64,000 nt of DNA, taken from an uncultured Candidatus Rokubacteria bacterium. GTDB taxonomy: Bacteria; Methylomirabilota; Methylomirabilia; Rokubacteriales; CSP1-6. Shown piece by piece: positions 19,361-29,503 of this stretch. Location of the stretch: the NCBI GenBank assembly GCA_963754315.1, contig CAVWFS010000015.1:160001-224000 (forward strand). The letters are read 5' to 3'. The translations under genes and the position numbers were made by a program. The notes under the pieces were generated by a model, which was given only the letters and a program-made list of their open reading frames with translations, was not told the origin of the DNA and searched no databases. Positions within the stretch are counted from its first letter, which is position 1; every line of letters begins with the position of its first letter.

Positions 19361-21031
19361 ATGCGCGCCCTGGTCCTGTCTGCGCGTCTCACCGATCGCC
19401 GTCGTGACGCCTTCCGCGCCCTGGCGCCGGAGGTGACCGACCTCGCCATCGCCGCCCCGGGGGCCGCGTATCCGGATTTCTCCGAGTTCGATGCGATCGT
19501 GATCGACGGTCCCCAGCCCGCCCAGACGGCCCACACCCTGGGCGCCCTCCACACCGCGGTCGCGCGGGGCGCGTCGCTGATCGCCATCGGCCTGGCGCCT
19601 GCCGAGCCCGATGGATTCTGGGCCAATCTGCTGGGGGTGGTGGCGGGTCCCGAGCCACCCCCGGGTGAGTACTACGCCCGGGTCACGTCCGCTCATTCGC
19701 ATATCACCGATCGAATCACCCACGAGTTCGCCGTCGTCGATCGGTTCATGCCCCTTGTCAGCCTCGCTGGGGGTCGGACCATCCTGGACGTGAGGGTTGC
19801 CCTGCGCGATCTGGCAGCCGTCGTGGAGACACCCCTCGGCGCCGGCCGCGTCGTGGCCTGCGGCCTCGGGAATACCGACGACGCTCTGGGCACACCCGAT
19901 CTGCTTCAGCTGCTGGCTCGTGCCCTTCGGCCCGACCTTCATTGCTGTGGACGCAACATCGGCATCGCCGTCGTCGGCTACGGGCCGCTGGGAGGCATGG
20001 GGTTTCACCACGGCCTGGGGGTCAGCAAGACCTCCGGTCTTCAGCTCGTCGCCGTCGTCGATCCTAGTGTGGACCGGCGCAAGACGGCCGAAGCCGATTT
20101 CCCGGGTGTGCGCACCTACGCGTCCGTCGACGAGGTCCTGAGCGACGACGACGTGGAGGTCGCTCTCGTCGCCACGCCGCCCGCTCAGCATTCCGGGCTG
20201 ACCCTGGCCCTGCTACAGGCCGGCAAGCACGTGGCATGCGAGAAGCCCCTCTGTCTCACCCTGGCCGAGGCGGACCGGATCATCGCGACCGCGGCCGCTC
20301 ATGATCGCGTTCTCACCGTGTACCAGAACCGGCGCTGGGATCCCGATTTCACCGCGATCCGTCGGGCGGTCCGGGCCGGGCTGCTGGGCGACATCTTCAA
20401 CGTGGAAACGTTTGTCGGCGACTATGCCCATCCCTGCCGCACCTGGCACTCCGACACTGCGGTGTCGGGCGGCGCTGTCTACGACTGGGGCTCACACCAC
20501 ATCGACTGGATACTCCAGCTCCTCGGCAGCGCCCCCCGGACGGTGCAGACGTATGGGCACAAGCGCGTCTGGCACGACGTGACGAATCTTGACCAGCTGC
20601 GGGTCCGTCTCTCCTGGGGCGACGGCCGCGAAGCCGAGTTTCTTCAGAGCGACATCGCGGCTGTCCGCAAGCCGAAGTTCTACGTGCAAGGGACAACCGG
20701 CACGCTCGTCGGGCACTATCGGTCGATCGCCCTCGAGCGCCTGGAACCGGGGCGCGGTTACGTGGCTCAGCAGCTGCATCATGCGGAGGCGCCCGCCGAG
20801 CTTACCCTGGCCCGCTACGAGAGCGGCTACGGCCTCAGCGAGACCCGGCTGCCACCGGCGCCAGAGCAGCCGTTCGCGTTTCATCGGAATCTCGCCGACC
20901 ACCTGCATCTTGGAGAACCTCTCGCCGTCACGCCGCAGTCGGTGCGGACAGTGATCGCCGTGCTCGAAAGCGCCCAGCGATCGAGCGACCAGGGCGGTTC
21001 GGCCACGCCGATTCCGCCAGGAGTCACCTGA
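19361..21031 (+). CDS. Gfo/Idh/MocA oxidoreductase with N-terminal ThuA/GATase1-like domain
   Basis: VVGYG, GKHVACEKP, YQNRRWD, GGAVYDWGSHHID; extra ~200-aa N-terminal domain. Confidence 0.85.
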   Translation: MRALVLSARLTDRRRDAFRALAPEVTDLAIAAPGAAYPDFSEFDAIVIDGPQPAQTAHTLGALHTAVARGASLIAIGLAPAEPDGFWANLLGVVAGPEPPPGEYYARVTSAHSHITDRITHEFAVVDRFMPLVSLAGGRTILDVRVALRDLAAVVETPLGAGRVVACGLGNTDDALGTPDLLQLLARALRPDLHCCGRNIGIAVVGYGPLGGMGFHHGLGVSKTSGLQLVAVVDPSVDRRKTAEADFPGVRTYASVDEVLSDDDVEVALVATPPAQHSGLTLALLQAGKHVACEKPLCLTLAEADRIIATAAAHDRVLTVYQNRRWDPDFTAIRRAVRAGLLGDIFNVETFVGDYAHPCRTWHSDTAVSGGAVYDWGSHHIDWILQLLGSAPRTVQTYGHKRVWHDVTNLDQLRVRLSWGDGREAEFLQSDIAAVRKPKFYVQGTTGTLVGHYRSIALERLEPGRGYVAQQLHHAEAPAELTLARYESGYGLSETRLPPAPEQPFAFHRNLADHLHLGEPLAVTPQSVRTVIAVLESAQRSSDQGGSATPIPPGVT

Positions 21032-21032
21032 C

Positions 21033-22055
21033 GTGGGACAGGGGCCGGGCTCGCCCCCGTTGAGATGGGGCGTGATCGCCGCGTCCGCCGTGGTTGCCCA
21101 GCAGGCCGTACTGCCCGCCATCGCCGCCAGCGAGAATGCGCGGCTGGTCGCGGTGGCCAGTCAGAGCCGGAGCGCGGGGACACTGGACACCTTTGGTGCG
21201 CTGCGGACCTATGCGTCCTATGCCGAGCTGCTGGCGGACCCCGAGGTGGAGGCGGTCTACGTGCCCCTGCCGAACAGCCTGCATCGCGAGTGGGTCGAGC
21301 GGGCGGCGGCCGAAGGCAAGCACGTGCTGTGCGAAAAGCCTCTGGCCCCCTCGGCCGCCGACGCCCGCGCGATGCGCGCTGCGTGCGCCGCCGCCGGCGT
21401 GTTTCTCCTCGAGGCGTACATGACCACCTTTCATCCACGCGCGGCCGCCGTGGATGCGTTCGTTCGTTCGGGACGACTGGGCGCCCTGCGTTTCGCGCGG
21501 GCCGTCTTCACAGGTGTCCTTAGTGGATCCGACAACCACCGGTGGCAACCCCATCTGGAGGGCGGCGCGCTGCTCGACGTGGGGATCTACTGTGTGGCGC
21601 CGCTGCTGAGCGCTGCCGGCAGACCGCCTCGTCGCATCGCGGCAGCCGCTGTCATGACTGACGCCGGTGTGGACGCGGCTTGCTCCGGATGGCTGGACTT
21701 TGGTGATGGGTTCAGCGCGGCGATCGAGTGTTCCTTCGATGCTCCAGAGCACCAGAGCCTGGAGATCGTGGGGACCCAGGCGGCGGTGACCGTGGACCGG
21801 GCCCACACCCCCGGCCCTGACGATGTCGCGTTCACCCTCCGAAGTCGCGACGGGCGTCTGGAACAGGTCGTCGTCGGAGGCGGAAATCCCTACCTGGCCA
21901 TGGTCGAGCACTTTCAGGCCACCGTTCGCACAGGCATCAGCTCGGGATCGCGGATGGCCGACTCGATCGCACGCCTGGAGGTTCTCGACCGGCTCCGGGC
22001 GGCGGCCGGACTTGGACGGCCAGCCGTCGATGCCGCAGCTCACGGCGTCGGATAG
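21033..22055 (+). CDS. Gfo/Idh/MocA oxidoreductase
   Basis: YVPLPNSLH, GKHVLCEKP, GGALLDVGIY. Confidence 0.9.
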   Translation: MGQGPGSPPLRWGVIAASAVVAQQAVLPAIAASENARLVAVASQSRSAGTLDTFGALRTYASYAELLADPEVEAVYVPLPNSLHREWVERAAAEGKHVLCEKPLAPSAADARAMRAACAAAGVFLLEAYMTTFHPRAAAVDAFVRSGRLGALRFARAVFTGVLSGSDNHRWQPHLEGGALLDVGIYCVAPLLSAAGRPPRRIAAAAVMTDAGVDAACSGWLDFGDGFSAAIECSFDAPEHQSLEIVGTQAAVTVDRAHTPGPDDVAFTLRSRDGRLEQVVVGGGNPYLAMVEHFQATVRTGISSGSRMADSIARLEVLDRLRAAAGLGRPAVDAAAHGVG

Positions 22056-22066
22056 CGTAGACGCCC

Positions 22067-23032
22067 ATGCACATCCCCGATGGGTTCCTCGATGCGAAAA
22101 CTGTCGTGACCACTGCGGTTCTTGCCGTCATTGGCGTGGGGACGGCGGTGCGCCGGGCCCAGACTCACCTGCCGCCACGCCGCGTCCCCCTGTTGGGGCT
22201 GACGGCAGCCTTCGTCTTCGCGGCACAGATGGTGAATTTTCCCGTGGCGGGCGGGACCTCCGGTCATCTGATGGGGGGCGTCCTCGCCGCGGTTCTCGTG
22301 GGGCCGAGTGGAGCCGTCGTCGTCATGGCGACCGTCCTGATCGTCCAGTGCCTTTTCTTCGCCGACGGCGGCGTGCTGGCCCTCGGCGCGAACATCTTCA
22401 ACATGGGAATCGTGGGGGCCGTGGGCGGGTATGCCATTTACCGGGCGGTCTATCGTGTCCTGGGCGACGACCGCGGGCGGCTCGTCGCCGTCGCGTTCGC
22501 CGCCTGGTGCTCGGTGGTTCTGGCTGCCATCATGGTGGCGGGCGAGTTGAGCCTCTCCGGGGTCGTCCCGTGGTCGGTGGTGCTGCCCGCCATGACCGGC
22601 GTGCACATGCTGATCGGCGTGGGCGAGGCGCTGATCACGACTCTGGTCATCCTCGCCATCTTGCGGGCGCGTCCGGAGCTCCTCACCGACGGAGACAGCG
22701 CCTTGCGGGCGCGAAGCCTCCCTGAAGCGCTGGCCTTCGGGCTCCTCATCGCGCTGGGAATCGCCATGTTCGTTTCGCCCCTGGCCTCGGCGTGGCCGGA
22801 TGGTCTCGAGAAGGTCGCCGAGACTCTGGGCTTTGCCGAGCGCACCGCCGACACTCCTCTCGTGCCATCCCCGATGCCGGACTACGCCATTCCTGGTATC
22901 GTTTCTGCTACGTGGGCTACCGCTCTCGCGGGCGGAGTGGGAACGGTGATCGTCTTCCTCCTCGCCCTGGGGTTGGCGCGCGTCCTCGTGGGAAGGCGAC
23001 CGGGAGCAAGGACGACTCCGCCGGCGGCGTAG
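22067..23032 (+). CDS. cbiM: Co/Ni ECF transporter substrate component CbiM/NikM fused to PDGLE (NikN-like) domain
   Basis: N-terminal MHIPDGFL, GTSGHL, LGANIFNM, C-terminal PDGLE. Confidence 0.93.
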   Translation: MHIPDGFLDAKTVVTTAVLAVIGVGTAVRRAQTHLPPRRVPLLGLTAAFVFAAQMVNFPVAGGTSGHLMGGVLAAVLVGPSGAVVVMATVLIVQCLFFADGGVLALGANIFNMGIVGAVGGYAIYRAVYRVLGDDRGRLVAVAFAAWCSVVLAAIMVAGELSLSGVVPWSVVLPAMTGVHMLIGVGEALITTLVILAILRARPELLTDGDSALRARSLPEALAFGLLIALGIAMFVSPLASAWPDGLEKVAETLGFAERTADTPLVPSPMPDYAIPGIVSATWATALAGGVGTVIVFLLALGLARVLVGRRPGARTTPPAA

Positions 23033-23040
23033 GCTCAACC

Positions 23041-23652
23041 ATGCGTCACGACTTTATCGACCGTTACAGCCGACTCGACAGCCCGATCCATCGCTTACCC
23101 GCCGGCCTCAAGCTGGCGGCAGCGCTCGGGGTCGTAACCGTGACCGCGTTGCTCCCCGTGGGTGCCTGGGGGCCCTTCGGCACGATCGCGCTGCTCTTGC
23201 TGCTGATCGCCGGGCTGAGCCGGATCCCACCGAAATTCGTGCTGTGGCGGCTGCTCGCCCTTGAGCCGCTCGCACTGGGCGTGGCGGGGCTGGCCATCTT
23301 TCAGCCGAGGGGTGGGCGCATCTTCGCGACCATGGTCGTCAAGACCACCTTGTGCCTGCTCACGATGATCCTGCTCTCGAATACCACGCCCTTTTCGGCC
23401 CTGCTCGGGGTGATGCAACGCGTCCGGGTACCGCGACTGCTCATCAGCACCTTGGCCCTCATGTACCGTTACCTGTTCGTGCTGACCGACGAAGCCCAGC
23501 GCATGCGGCGAGCGCGCGCGAGCCGGACGTTTCAGTCCGGACGCTGGTGGACCTGGAGGACGTTGGCGACCGTGATCGGTCAGCTCTTCATCCGGTCGAC
23601 CGAGCGAGCCGAGCGTATCTACGCGGCCATGGCCGCGCGAGGGTGGCAATGA
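23041..23652 (+). CDS. cbiQ: ECF transporter T component CbiQ
   Basis: [33 protein letters not shown]. Confidence 0.9.
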   Translation: MRHDFIDRYSRLDSPIHRLPAGLKLAAALGVVTVTALLPVGAWGPFGTIALLLLLIAGLSRIPPKFVLWRLLALEPLALGVAGLAIFQPRGGRIFATMVVKTTLCLLTMILLSNTTPFSALLGVMQRVRVPRLLISTLALMYRYLFVLTDEAQRMRRARASRTFQSGRWWTWRTLATVIGQLFIRSTERAERIYAAMAARGWQ

Positions 23653-24409
23653 CCGCGGCCCTCGAGGTCCGCGACTTGCGCTTCAGCTACGCCGACGGCT
23701 CCGAGGCGCTGAAGGGGGTCGACCTGTCCGTGGGAGAAGGAGAGTGCGTAGGTCTGATCGGCCCCAACGGGGCCGGCAAGTCGACCCTTCTGCTCCACTT
23801 CAACGGGATTCTGCCGGAAGCAGGCGGGCACGGCAGCCGGCGTGATCCGGCCGTGTTCGTCTTCGGCCAGGCCGTAGCGCCCCCACACCTGGCATCGATC
23901 CGCCGCACGGTGGGCCTGCTCTTCCAGGATCCCGACGATCAGCTTTTCTGTCCGACCGTGTTCGAGGATGTTGCCTTCGGCCCCAGGCAGTTCGGCCAGG
24001 ACGAGCTCGAGGTCCAGCGCGTGGTGAACCATGCTCTCGCCAAGGTCGGCCTTGCTGGATTCGACCAGCGCGCGCCGCATCATCTCAGCGGGGGGAGAAG
24101 CGGCGGGTCTGCCTGGCCGGCGTGCTGGCCTGTGCCCCACGGATTCTGGTGCTGGACGAGCCGACCAGCAACCTGGACCCTCGCGGGCGCCGAGAGATCA
24201 AGGCGCTCCTGAAGCAGATCCCTGCCACCACGATCGTGGCCACCCACGATCTCGAGCTGGTCGTCGAGCTGTGCTCGCGCGCGATCGTCCTCGATGGTGG
24301 CAAGATCGTGGCCGAAGGACCGCCGCGCGACCTCCTGGCCGACGAGCCGCTGATGCTCGCGCACGGGCTCGAGCGGCCGCACATCCTTCAGCACCGCCAT
24401 CCGCATTGA
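23649..24409 (+). CDS. cbiO: ECF transporter ATPase CbiO; frameshift in G-run near 24090
   Basis: [23 protein letters not shown], then [10 protein letters not shown] in the second frame. Confidence 0.88.
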
Positions 24410-24431
24410 GCGCGGGCGCGGCACTCTATCC

Positions 24432-24803
24432 TCAGACCGGCAGCTGCATGAGCTGCAACGTATTGCCATCGGGATCGACGAAGGTGGCGACGTAGCCTCC
24501 CCACTCCTCCACCTCCGGTGCTCGCGTGAAGGGCACCCCTGCCTCTGTCAAACGCGTGTAGGTCGTGTGGATATCGTCGACGGCAAAGTTCACCATGATT
24601 CGCAGAGGGTCTCGGCTCGGACCACGCATGCCGCTGTGGACGCCAACGCTCAGCCGCACCTCACCCCACTCGAAGTTGATGAAGTCCTCTCTGGCTGAGC
24701 GCGGACGGAGGCCGAGGGTATCTCGATAGAAACGCACCATGGATTCGAAGCGAGCGGCCTCGGTCCAGACGAGCACACCCGCCATGCGAATGCTTGACGA
24801 CAT
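24432..24803 (-). CDS. VOC/glyoxalase family protein
   Basis: FYRDTLGL, VNFAVDDI, WGGYVATFVDPDGNTLQL. Confidence 0.88.
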   Translation of the reverse strand: MSSSIRMAGVLVWTEAARFESMVRFYRDTLGLRPRSAREDFINFEWGEVRLSVGVHSGMRGPSRDPLRIMVNFAVDDIHTTYTRLTEAGVPFTRAPEVEEWGGYVATFVDPDGNTLQLMQLPV

Positions 24804-24935
24804 GGTCATCTTCCATCCCCCCAATGGCTTACCTCGATTTCGGGCGGCGGTTGAGGCGGAGCCAGCCTCTGATCTAGTATGACGGGCGCGCGTCCCCGTG
24901 ACGACGGGAGCGCTCAGCGGAGGATCGCTCGACCA

Positions 24936-25823
24936 ATGACCGAGCAACCCAGAGGTGGAACGCCAGCGGGGCCGACCGAGGAGCGGGTAGCGGTGGCGCC
25001 GGGCGTGACCTTGCATGTAGAGCGACACCTGGGCGATCCAACGGTTGCCCCGTTCGTGCTCGTCCATGGGCTTGCCTCCAACGTGCGCCTGTGGGACGCG
25101 GTGGCCGAGCGTCTGCACGCCCGCGGCCACACGGTCGTCGCCCTCGATCAGCGCGGCCACGGCCGCTCGGACGCTCCCCAGTGCGAGTACGGAAACGACA
25201 TCGCCGTGGGGGACCTACGGGCCCTCATCGAGGCACTCGGGCTCGATCGGCCAATCCTGGCCGGTCAATCATGGGGTGGAAACGTGGTCCTCGAGCTCGC
25301 CTGGCGCCACCCCGACATCGTCCGGGGAATCGTCTGCGTCGATGGCGGGATCATCGAGCTGGCCAACTCTTACCCGTCCTGGGAGGCGTGCCTGGCAGCG
25401 CTCACGCCTCCGTCCCTCGGCCATCTGACCCTTGCGGAGCTCGAGGCGAGGCTCCGTGCTCAGCACCCTGATTTTTCGGATCGGGCGATCGCCGCCTACC
25501 TGCATTGTTTCCAGGCTTCGAGTGCTGGCCGAGTGGAGCCGCGTCTCGCACGGCCTCGACACCTCGAAATCTTGAGATCGCTCTGGGAACACCGGCCCTC
25601 GACCCGATGGGTCACCTTGGCGACGCCTGCCTTGCTGCTTCTCGCTGACACGGGCGACGCCGAGAGAACGGCGGGCAAACGACGGGCCGAGGGCACCGCG
25701 CTGGCCTCAGCCTCCAAGATCCGCTCCCAGTGGCTCGTGGGCCACCACGACCTGCATTTGCAGTTCCCGGAGCAGATCGCCGATGCCCTCATGGGAGCAG
25801 TCGATGACGGATTCTTCGCATGA
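24936..25823 (+). CDS. Alpha/beta hydrolase
   Basis: VHGLASN, DQRGHGRS, GQSWGG nucleophile elbow, GHHDLH. Confidence 0.9.
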   Translation: MTEQPRGGTPAGPTEERVAVAPGVTLHVERHLGDPTVAPFVLVHGLASNVRLWDAVAERLHARGHTVVALDQRGHGRSDAPQCEYGNDIAVGDLRALIEALGLDRPILAGQSWGGNVVLELAWRHPDIVRGIVCVDGGIIELANSYPSWEACLAALTPPSLGHLTLAELEARLRAQHPDFSDRAIAAYLHCFQASSAGRVEPRLARPRHLEILRSLWEHRPSTRWVTLATPALLLLADTGDAERTAGKRRAEGTALASASKIRSQWLVGHHDLHLQFPEQIADALMGAVDDGFFA

Positions 25824-27118
25824 GTACGCGTCTGCCGCGCGTGCTGGCGTTGTTGGGCTCAGGCGAGACCGCCCCGACCATGGTCACCACGCATCGCGAC
25901 GTGGTGGCCCGTCTCGGCCGAGCGTCGGGCGCCGTGCTTCTCGACACGCCCTATGGCTTCCAGGAAAACGCCGCCGAGATCTCTCAGCGGGCCGTCGAGT
26001 ACTTTGCCCAGCGTGTCCAGCTCGGCATCGAGCCGGCCGGCTACCCGGGGCCCCTGGCAGCCGATGCGACACTCAGAACCCCGCGCGCCGAGGCCGCTGC
26101 CCTCGCGCGCCTGCGCACGGCCAGCCTCGTGTTCGCCGGACCCGGCAGCCCCTCGTATGCGCTCTCCGTCTGGCGCAGCTCTCCGGTCCCCGAAGCCTTG
26201 GCCAGCAAGCTCGCGCAGGGGGGGGCGGTCGTCTTTGCCAGCGCCGCCGCGCTGACCCTCGGGCGGTTCACCGTCCCCGTGTACGAGATCTACAAGGTCG
26301 GGCAGACCATCCATTGGCTGGACGGACTGGACCTGCTGGCCCAGGTCGGATTCGAGGGATCGTGCGTGCTGATTCCCCATTATGACAACGCGGAGGGGGG
26401 CACCCACGACACCCGCTTTTGTTACCTGGGTGAACGCCGCTTGGCGTCCATGGAGACGATGCTCCCGACGGACGCCTGGGTGCTCGGCATCGACGAACAC
26501 ACGGCGCTGATCGTCGATCTCGACTCCCGCGAGATCGTGGTCACCGGACGCGGGGTCGTCACCGTGCGTCGGCGGGGTGATACAAGGCGCTTCCCAGCCG
26601 GGGCGCGGCTGACCATTGATGACCTCCTGGCGGCAGCGCGGGGCGACACGAGCCTGGCCTCCGGTGAAGGGCCCGCGGAAGCGGCGACGGACGTGGAGCA
26701 CACCTCGACCGTCGCGCCGCCAGCGGGGCGGTCTCCACTGCTGTCCGAGGTGACGCGACTCGAAAGGGTTTTCGAGGCCGCCCTGACCTCCCGGCGCGCC
26801 GACGACGCAGCGGAGGCCATCCGCGAGCTCGACCGCACCATCATCGAGTGGTCGGCCGATAGCCTGCAAACCGATGACCCGGACCGGGCGCGCGCCGTCC
26901 TCCACTCTCTGATTCATCGTCTGGGCGAGGTCGCGGCAGTCGGGTTGCGCGATCCTCGTGAGGTCTTGCAACCGCTGGTGGAAGGTCTGATCACGCTCCG
27001 CGCGGAGCTGCGCTCGGCGCAAGCGTGGGCAGTCGCGGATCAGCTACGCGCGCGACTGAGCGCGGCGCGCATCGAGTTGCGCGACACTCCTCAGGGCACC
27101 AGCTGGGACTTGCGCTGA
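25820..27118 (+). CDS. Peptidase S51/cyanophycinase-like protein with C-terminal CysRS-like tail
   Basis: LLGSGET, FAGPGSP, ASAAA, IPHYD, GIDEHTAL; C-terminus AVADQLRARLSAARIELRDTPQGTSW. Confidence 0.7.
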   Translation: MSTRLPRVLALLGSGETAPTMVTTHRDVVARLGRASGAVLLDTPYGFQENAAEISQRAVEYFAQRVQLGIEPAGYPGPLAADATLRTPRAEAAALARLRTASLVFAGPGSPSYALSVWRSSPVPEALASKLAQGGAVVFASAAALTLGRFTVPVYEIYKVGQTIHWLDGLDLLAQVGFEGSCVLIPHYDNAEGGTHDTRFCYLGERRLASMETMLPTDAWVLGIDEHTALIVDLDSREIVVTGRGVVTVRRRGDTRRFPAGARLTIDDLLAAARGDTSLASGEGPAEAATDVEHTSTVAPPAGRSPLLSEVTRLERVFEAALTSRRADDAAEAIRELDRTIIEWSADSLQTDDPDRARAVLHSLIHRLGEVAAVGLRDPREVLQPLVEGLITLRAELRSAQAWAVADQLRARLSAARIELRDTPQGTSWDLR

Positions 27119-27149
27119 GCAGGGATCGTCTGGGTCGTTCAGCCGGACT

Positions 27150-27756
27150 CTAGGCGAGGCGGCGGACCTCGGAGCGGCGGAAGCAGTGGACCAGATGATC
27201 GTTCACCAGCCCCACCGCCTGCATGAAGGCGTAACAGATCGTCGGTCCCACGAACCGGAAGCCGCGCTTGGCGAGGTCCTTGCTCAACGCGCGTGACAGG
27301 TCGGTCTCAGCCGGAACGTCTTTGATCGACCGCCGCGCAGTCTCGATTGGCTTGCCGTCCACGAAACGCCAGAGGTATGTGTCGAAGCTCCCATGGTCGC
27401 GCCGAACGTCGAGAAACGCTCGGGCGTTGCCGATGGTGGCTTCGATCTTGGCCCGGTTGCGAACGATACCCGGGTCGAGCGAGCAACCGTTCCACCCGGG
27501 CCCTCGGAAAACGGGCGACCCGCTCCGCATCAAAGTTGCCGAAGGCGCGACGGTACGCCGTCCGCTTTTTCAAGATCGTCACCCAGCTCAGTCCCGCCTG
27601 CGCGCCTTCGAGGATCAGGAACTCGAACAGGGTGCGATCGTCGTGGACGGGCACGCCCCACTCTTCGTCGTGATAGCGGATGTTGAGGGGATCCTGTGCC
27701 CACCCGCACCGACGCTTTGTGTCTGCACCAGGGAGGAACGCACGCGTGGACATCAT
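27150..27756 (-). CDS. tag: DNA-3-methyladenine glycosylase I; frameshift near 27478
   Basis: RCGWA...YHDEEWG...LEGAQAGLSW, then IVRNRAKI...FVGPTICYAFMQAVGLVNDHLVHC. Confidence 0.92.
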
Positions 27757-27837
27757 CGTGCATTATGCTCCAGAGACACGCGGACCGGAACGCGGCTCGA
27801 ATGGACAGGACCCTTTCCTCCTGGTAAGGCTTGAGGC

Positions 27838-28241
27838 GTGAAGTACCTGCTGGGGGCGCTGCTCTTGTTGCTCGTCGGGACCGGGACCGCCGGTGCCCAG
27901 GCCCGCCTCGAGCCGATGTCGTCGATCAGGAGCAGGCCCAGGCGCTGGTGCCGCGCATCATCAACTGGGACACCTATTTCCGCATCGACTGGCAGGCGGC
28001 CCCGCGCAACGGTCGGGTGGTCGTCAGTGGGTTCATCATCAGCGTGAACAAGTACGGGGCACGCTGGATGCAGCTGCTGATCGACGGCCGGGACGCGCGC
28101 GGTCAGCTCGTCGATCAGAGTCTCGTCTGGGTTCCCTCGGAATTCCCCCAGGGAGGTCGCGCCTATTTCGAGGCTCTCGTGACCCCCGCCGCGCACTACA
28201 AGGTCAGCGTGTTCGCGTACGAGCCGCCGCCGCGCCCCTGA
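27838..28241 (+). CDS. Secreted hypothetical protein; frameshift near 27910
   Basis: Signal peptide MKYLLGALLLLLVG in one frame, beta-rich body FRIDW...GGRAYFE in the other. Confidence 0.6.
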
Positions 28242-29492
28242 TCATCGCTGATATTCGCCGGCCACCACCCGGCGGCCCGTCTCCCGGAGGAGGGCTCGAT
28301 CCGCTGCGGGATCGGGGCTGGCCGGGAGCGTGATCACGGTGTCTTGAGTGACGGTGGGGATGACCCCTTCCCTCGCGCAGGCAAGCTGGCGGGGGTCCTC
28401 GCCGCGGGCGACGGCACGGATACCGTCGCGGACGATTCGCCGCAGCATCACGACGCCGCGGTCGGTCGAGGCGAGATGCTCGAGGGCATGGACCGCGATG
28501 GGCCGCTGGCTCGACTGCGCGTCGTAGTCTGCCGGGTGACGTTGACGTTCCTCGTAGGGCCGATCGGCCGCCTGCCCGAAGCCGGGCCTCGTGATCGCCG
28601 CCGCGTCCAGTCCCCAGCCAGGATCGACCTGCGCCAGCTCGAAGTTGGTGGTGTGGCTGTCGTCGTTGGGGACGGCCCACCGGATGATGACCGGACGGTA
28701 GAAGACGCTCTCCGCGGCCGCCTCCTCGATCTCCCGCGTGAACTGATGAACGTTGGGAGCCATGAAATCACAGACCCGCACCCACACCCGATCACCCACG
28801 CGGCGCGTGGCGATGTAGATCATGCCGTATGGCCGCTCCTGCCACTCGAGCTCGGCCAGCTCGCCGAACGCCTCCGTGAACTGATATCCGCTGCTGAGCG
28901 CATGCAGGAAGGACGTGTGTACGGGGTCCATGCTGTTGTCTTTGATCTGGAGCCAGTTGCACGGGAGCTCGAACCTGGCGGCTGGCTTCAGCACGAAACC
29001 AGGGACCTCGAAGCTGTCGTAGAGGGGAAACGGCGGGCGCCGATCCGGGGGCCCGAGATAGCCGAAGATCAGCCCAGCATGCTCGAGCGTCGGGTAGGCC
29101 CCCTGACAGATCCGATCTTTGAGGCGACTGCCCGCCGGTTCCCCTGGTGTCTCGAGAAGGCGTCCATCCACGTCGAAGAGCCAGCCGTGGTAGCAGCATC
29201 GAATCCCGCGCGCGGAGATCAGCCCGAACTCCAGGGACGCTCCGCGATGCGGGCAGTGGAGGTGGAGCAACCCGAGCCGACCATCGCCGGCGCGGAAGAG
29301 GACGAGATCCTCGCTCAGGATGCGCACGCGGAGGGGGACGTCGCCGAGATCACGCGCGAAGGCTACCGGCTGCCAGAAGCGCCGCAGGTACTCACCCCCC
29401 GGTGTGCCCGGTCCTACCTGCGTCAGCTCGTCGTCGGCAGGTGGCACATTGCGCAGGTGGTATCCCTGGTACGAGCCTGCTCCAGCTCTCAT
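28242..29492 (-). CDS. Rieske oxygenase alpha subunit (phthalate 4,5-dioxygenase-like family)
   Basis: TQVGPGTPGGEYLRRFWQP, CPHRG...CCYHGW, DNSMDPVHTSFLH, EHLASTDRGV. Confidence 0.9.
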   Translation of the reverse strand: MRAGAGSYQGYHLRNVPPADDELTQVGPGTPGGEYLRRFWQPVAFARDLGDVPLRVRILSEDLVLFRAGDGRLGLLHLHCPHRGASLEFGLISARGIRCCYHGWLFDVDGRLLETPGEPAGSRLKDRICQGAYPTLEHAGLIFGYLGPPDRRPPFPLYDSFEVPGFVLKPAARFELPCNWLQIKDNSMDPVHTSFLHALSSGYQFTEAFGELAELEWQERPYGMIYIATRRVGDRVWVRVCDFMAPNVHQFTREIEEAAAESVFYRPVIIRWAVPNDDSHTTNFELAQVDPGWGLDAAAITRPGFGQAADRPYEERQRHPADYDAQSSQRPIAVHALEHLASTDRGVVMLRRIVRDGIRAVARGEDPRQLACAREGVIPTVTQDTVITLPASPDPAADRALLRETGRRVVAGEYQR

Positions 29493-29503
29493 CGAGCGCC
29501 CCT

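Noticed and set aside
24085..24100. Programmed frameshift in cbiO, and likewise in the other split genes
   Set aside because: G-run inside the ABC signature with no functional rationale; matches the window-wide indel error pattern
26900..27118. Cysteinyl-tRNA synthetase gene
   Set aside because: Only the C-terminal tail is similar; no catalytic HIGH/KMSKS domain
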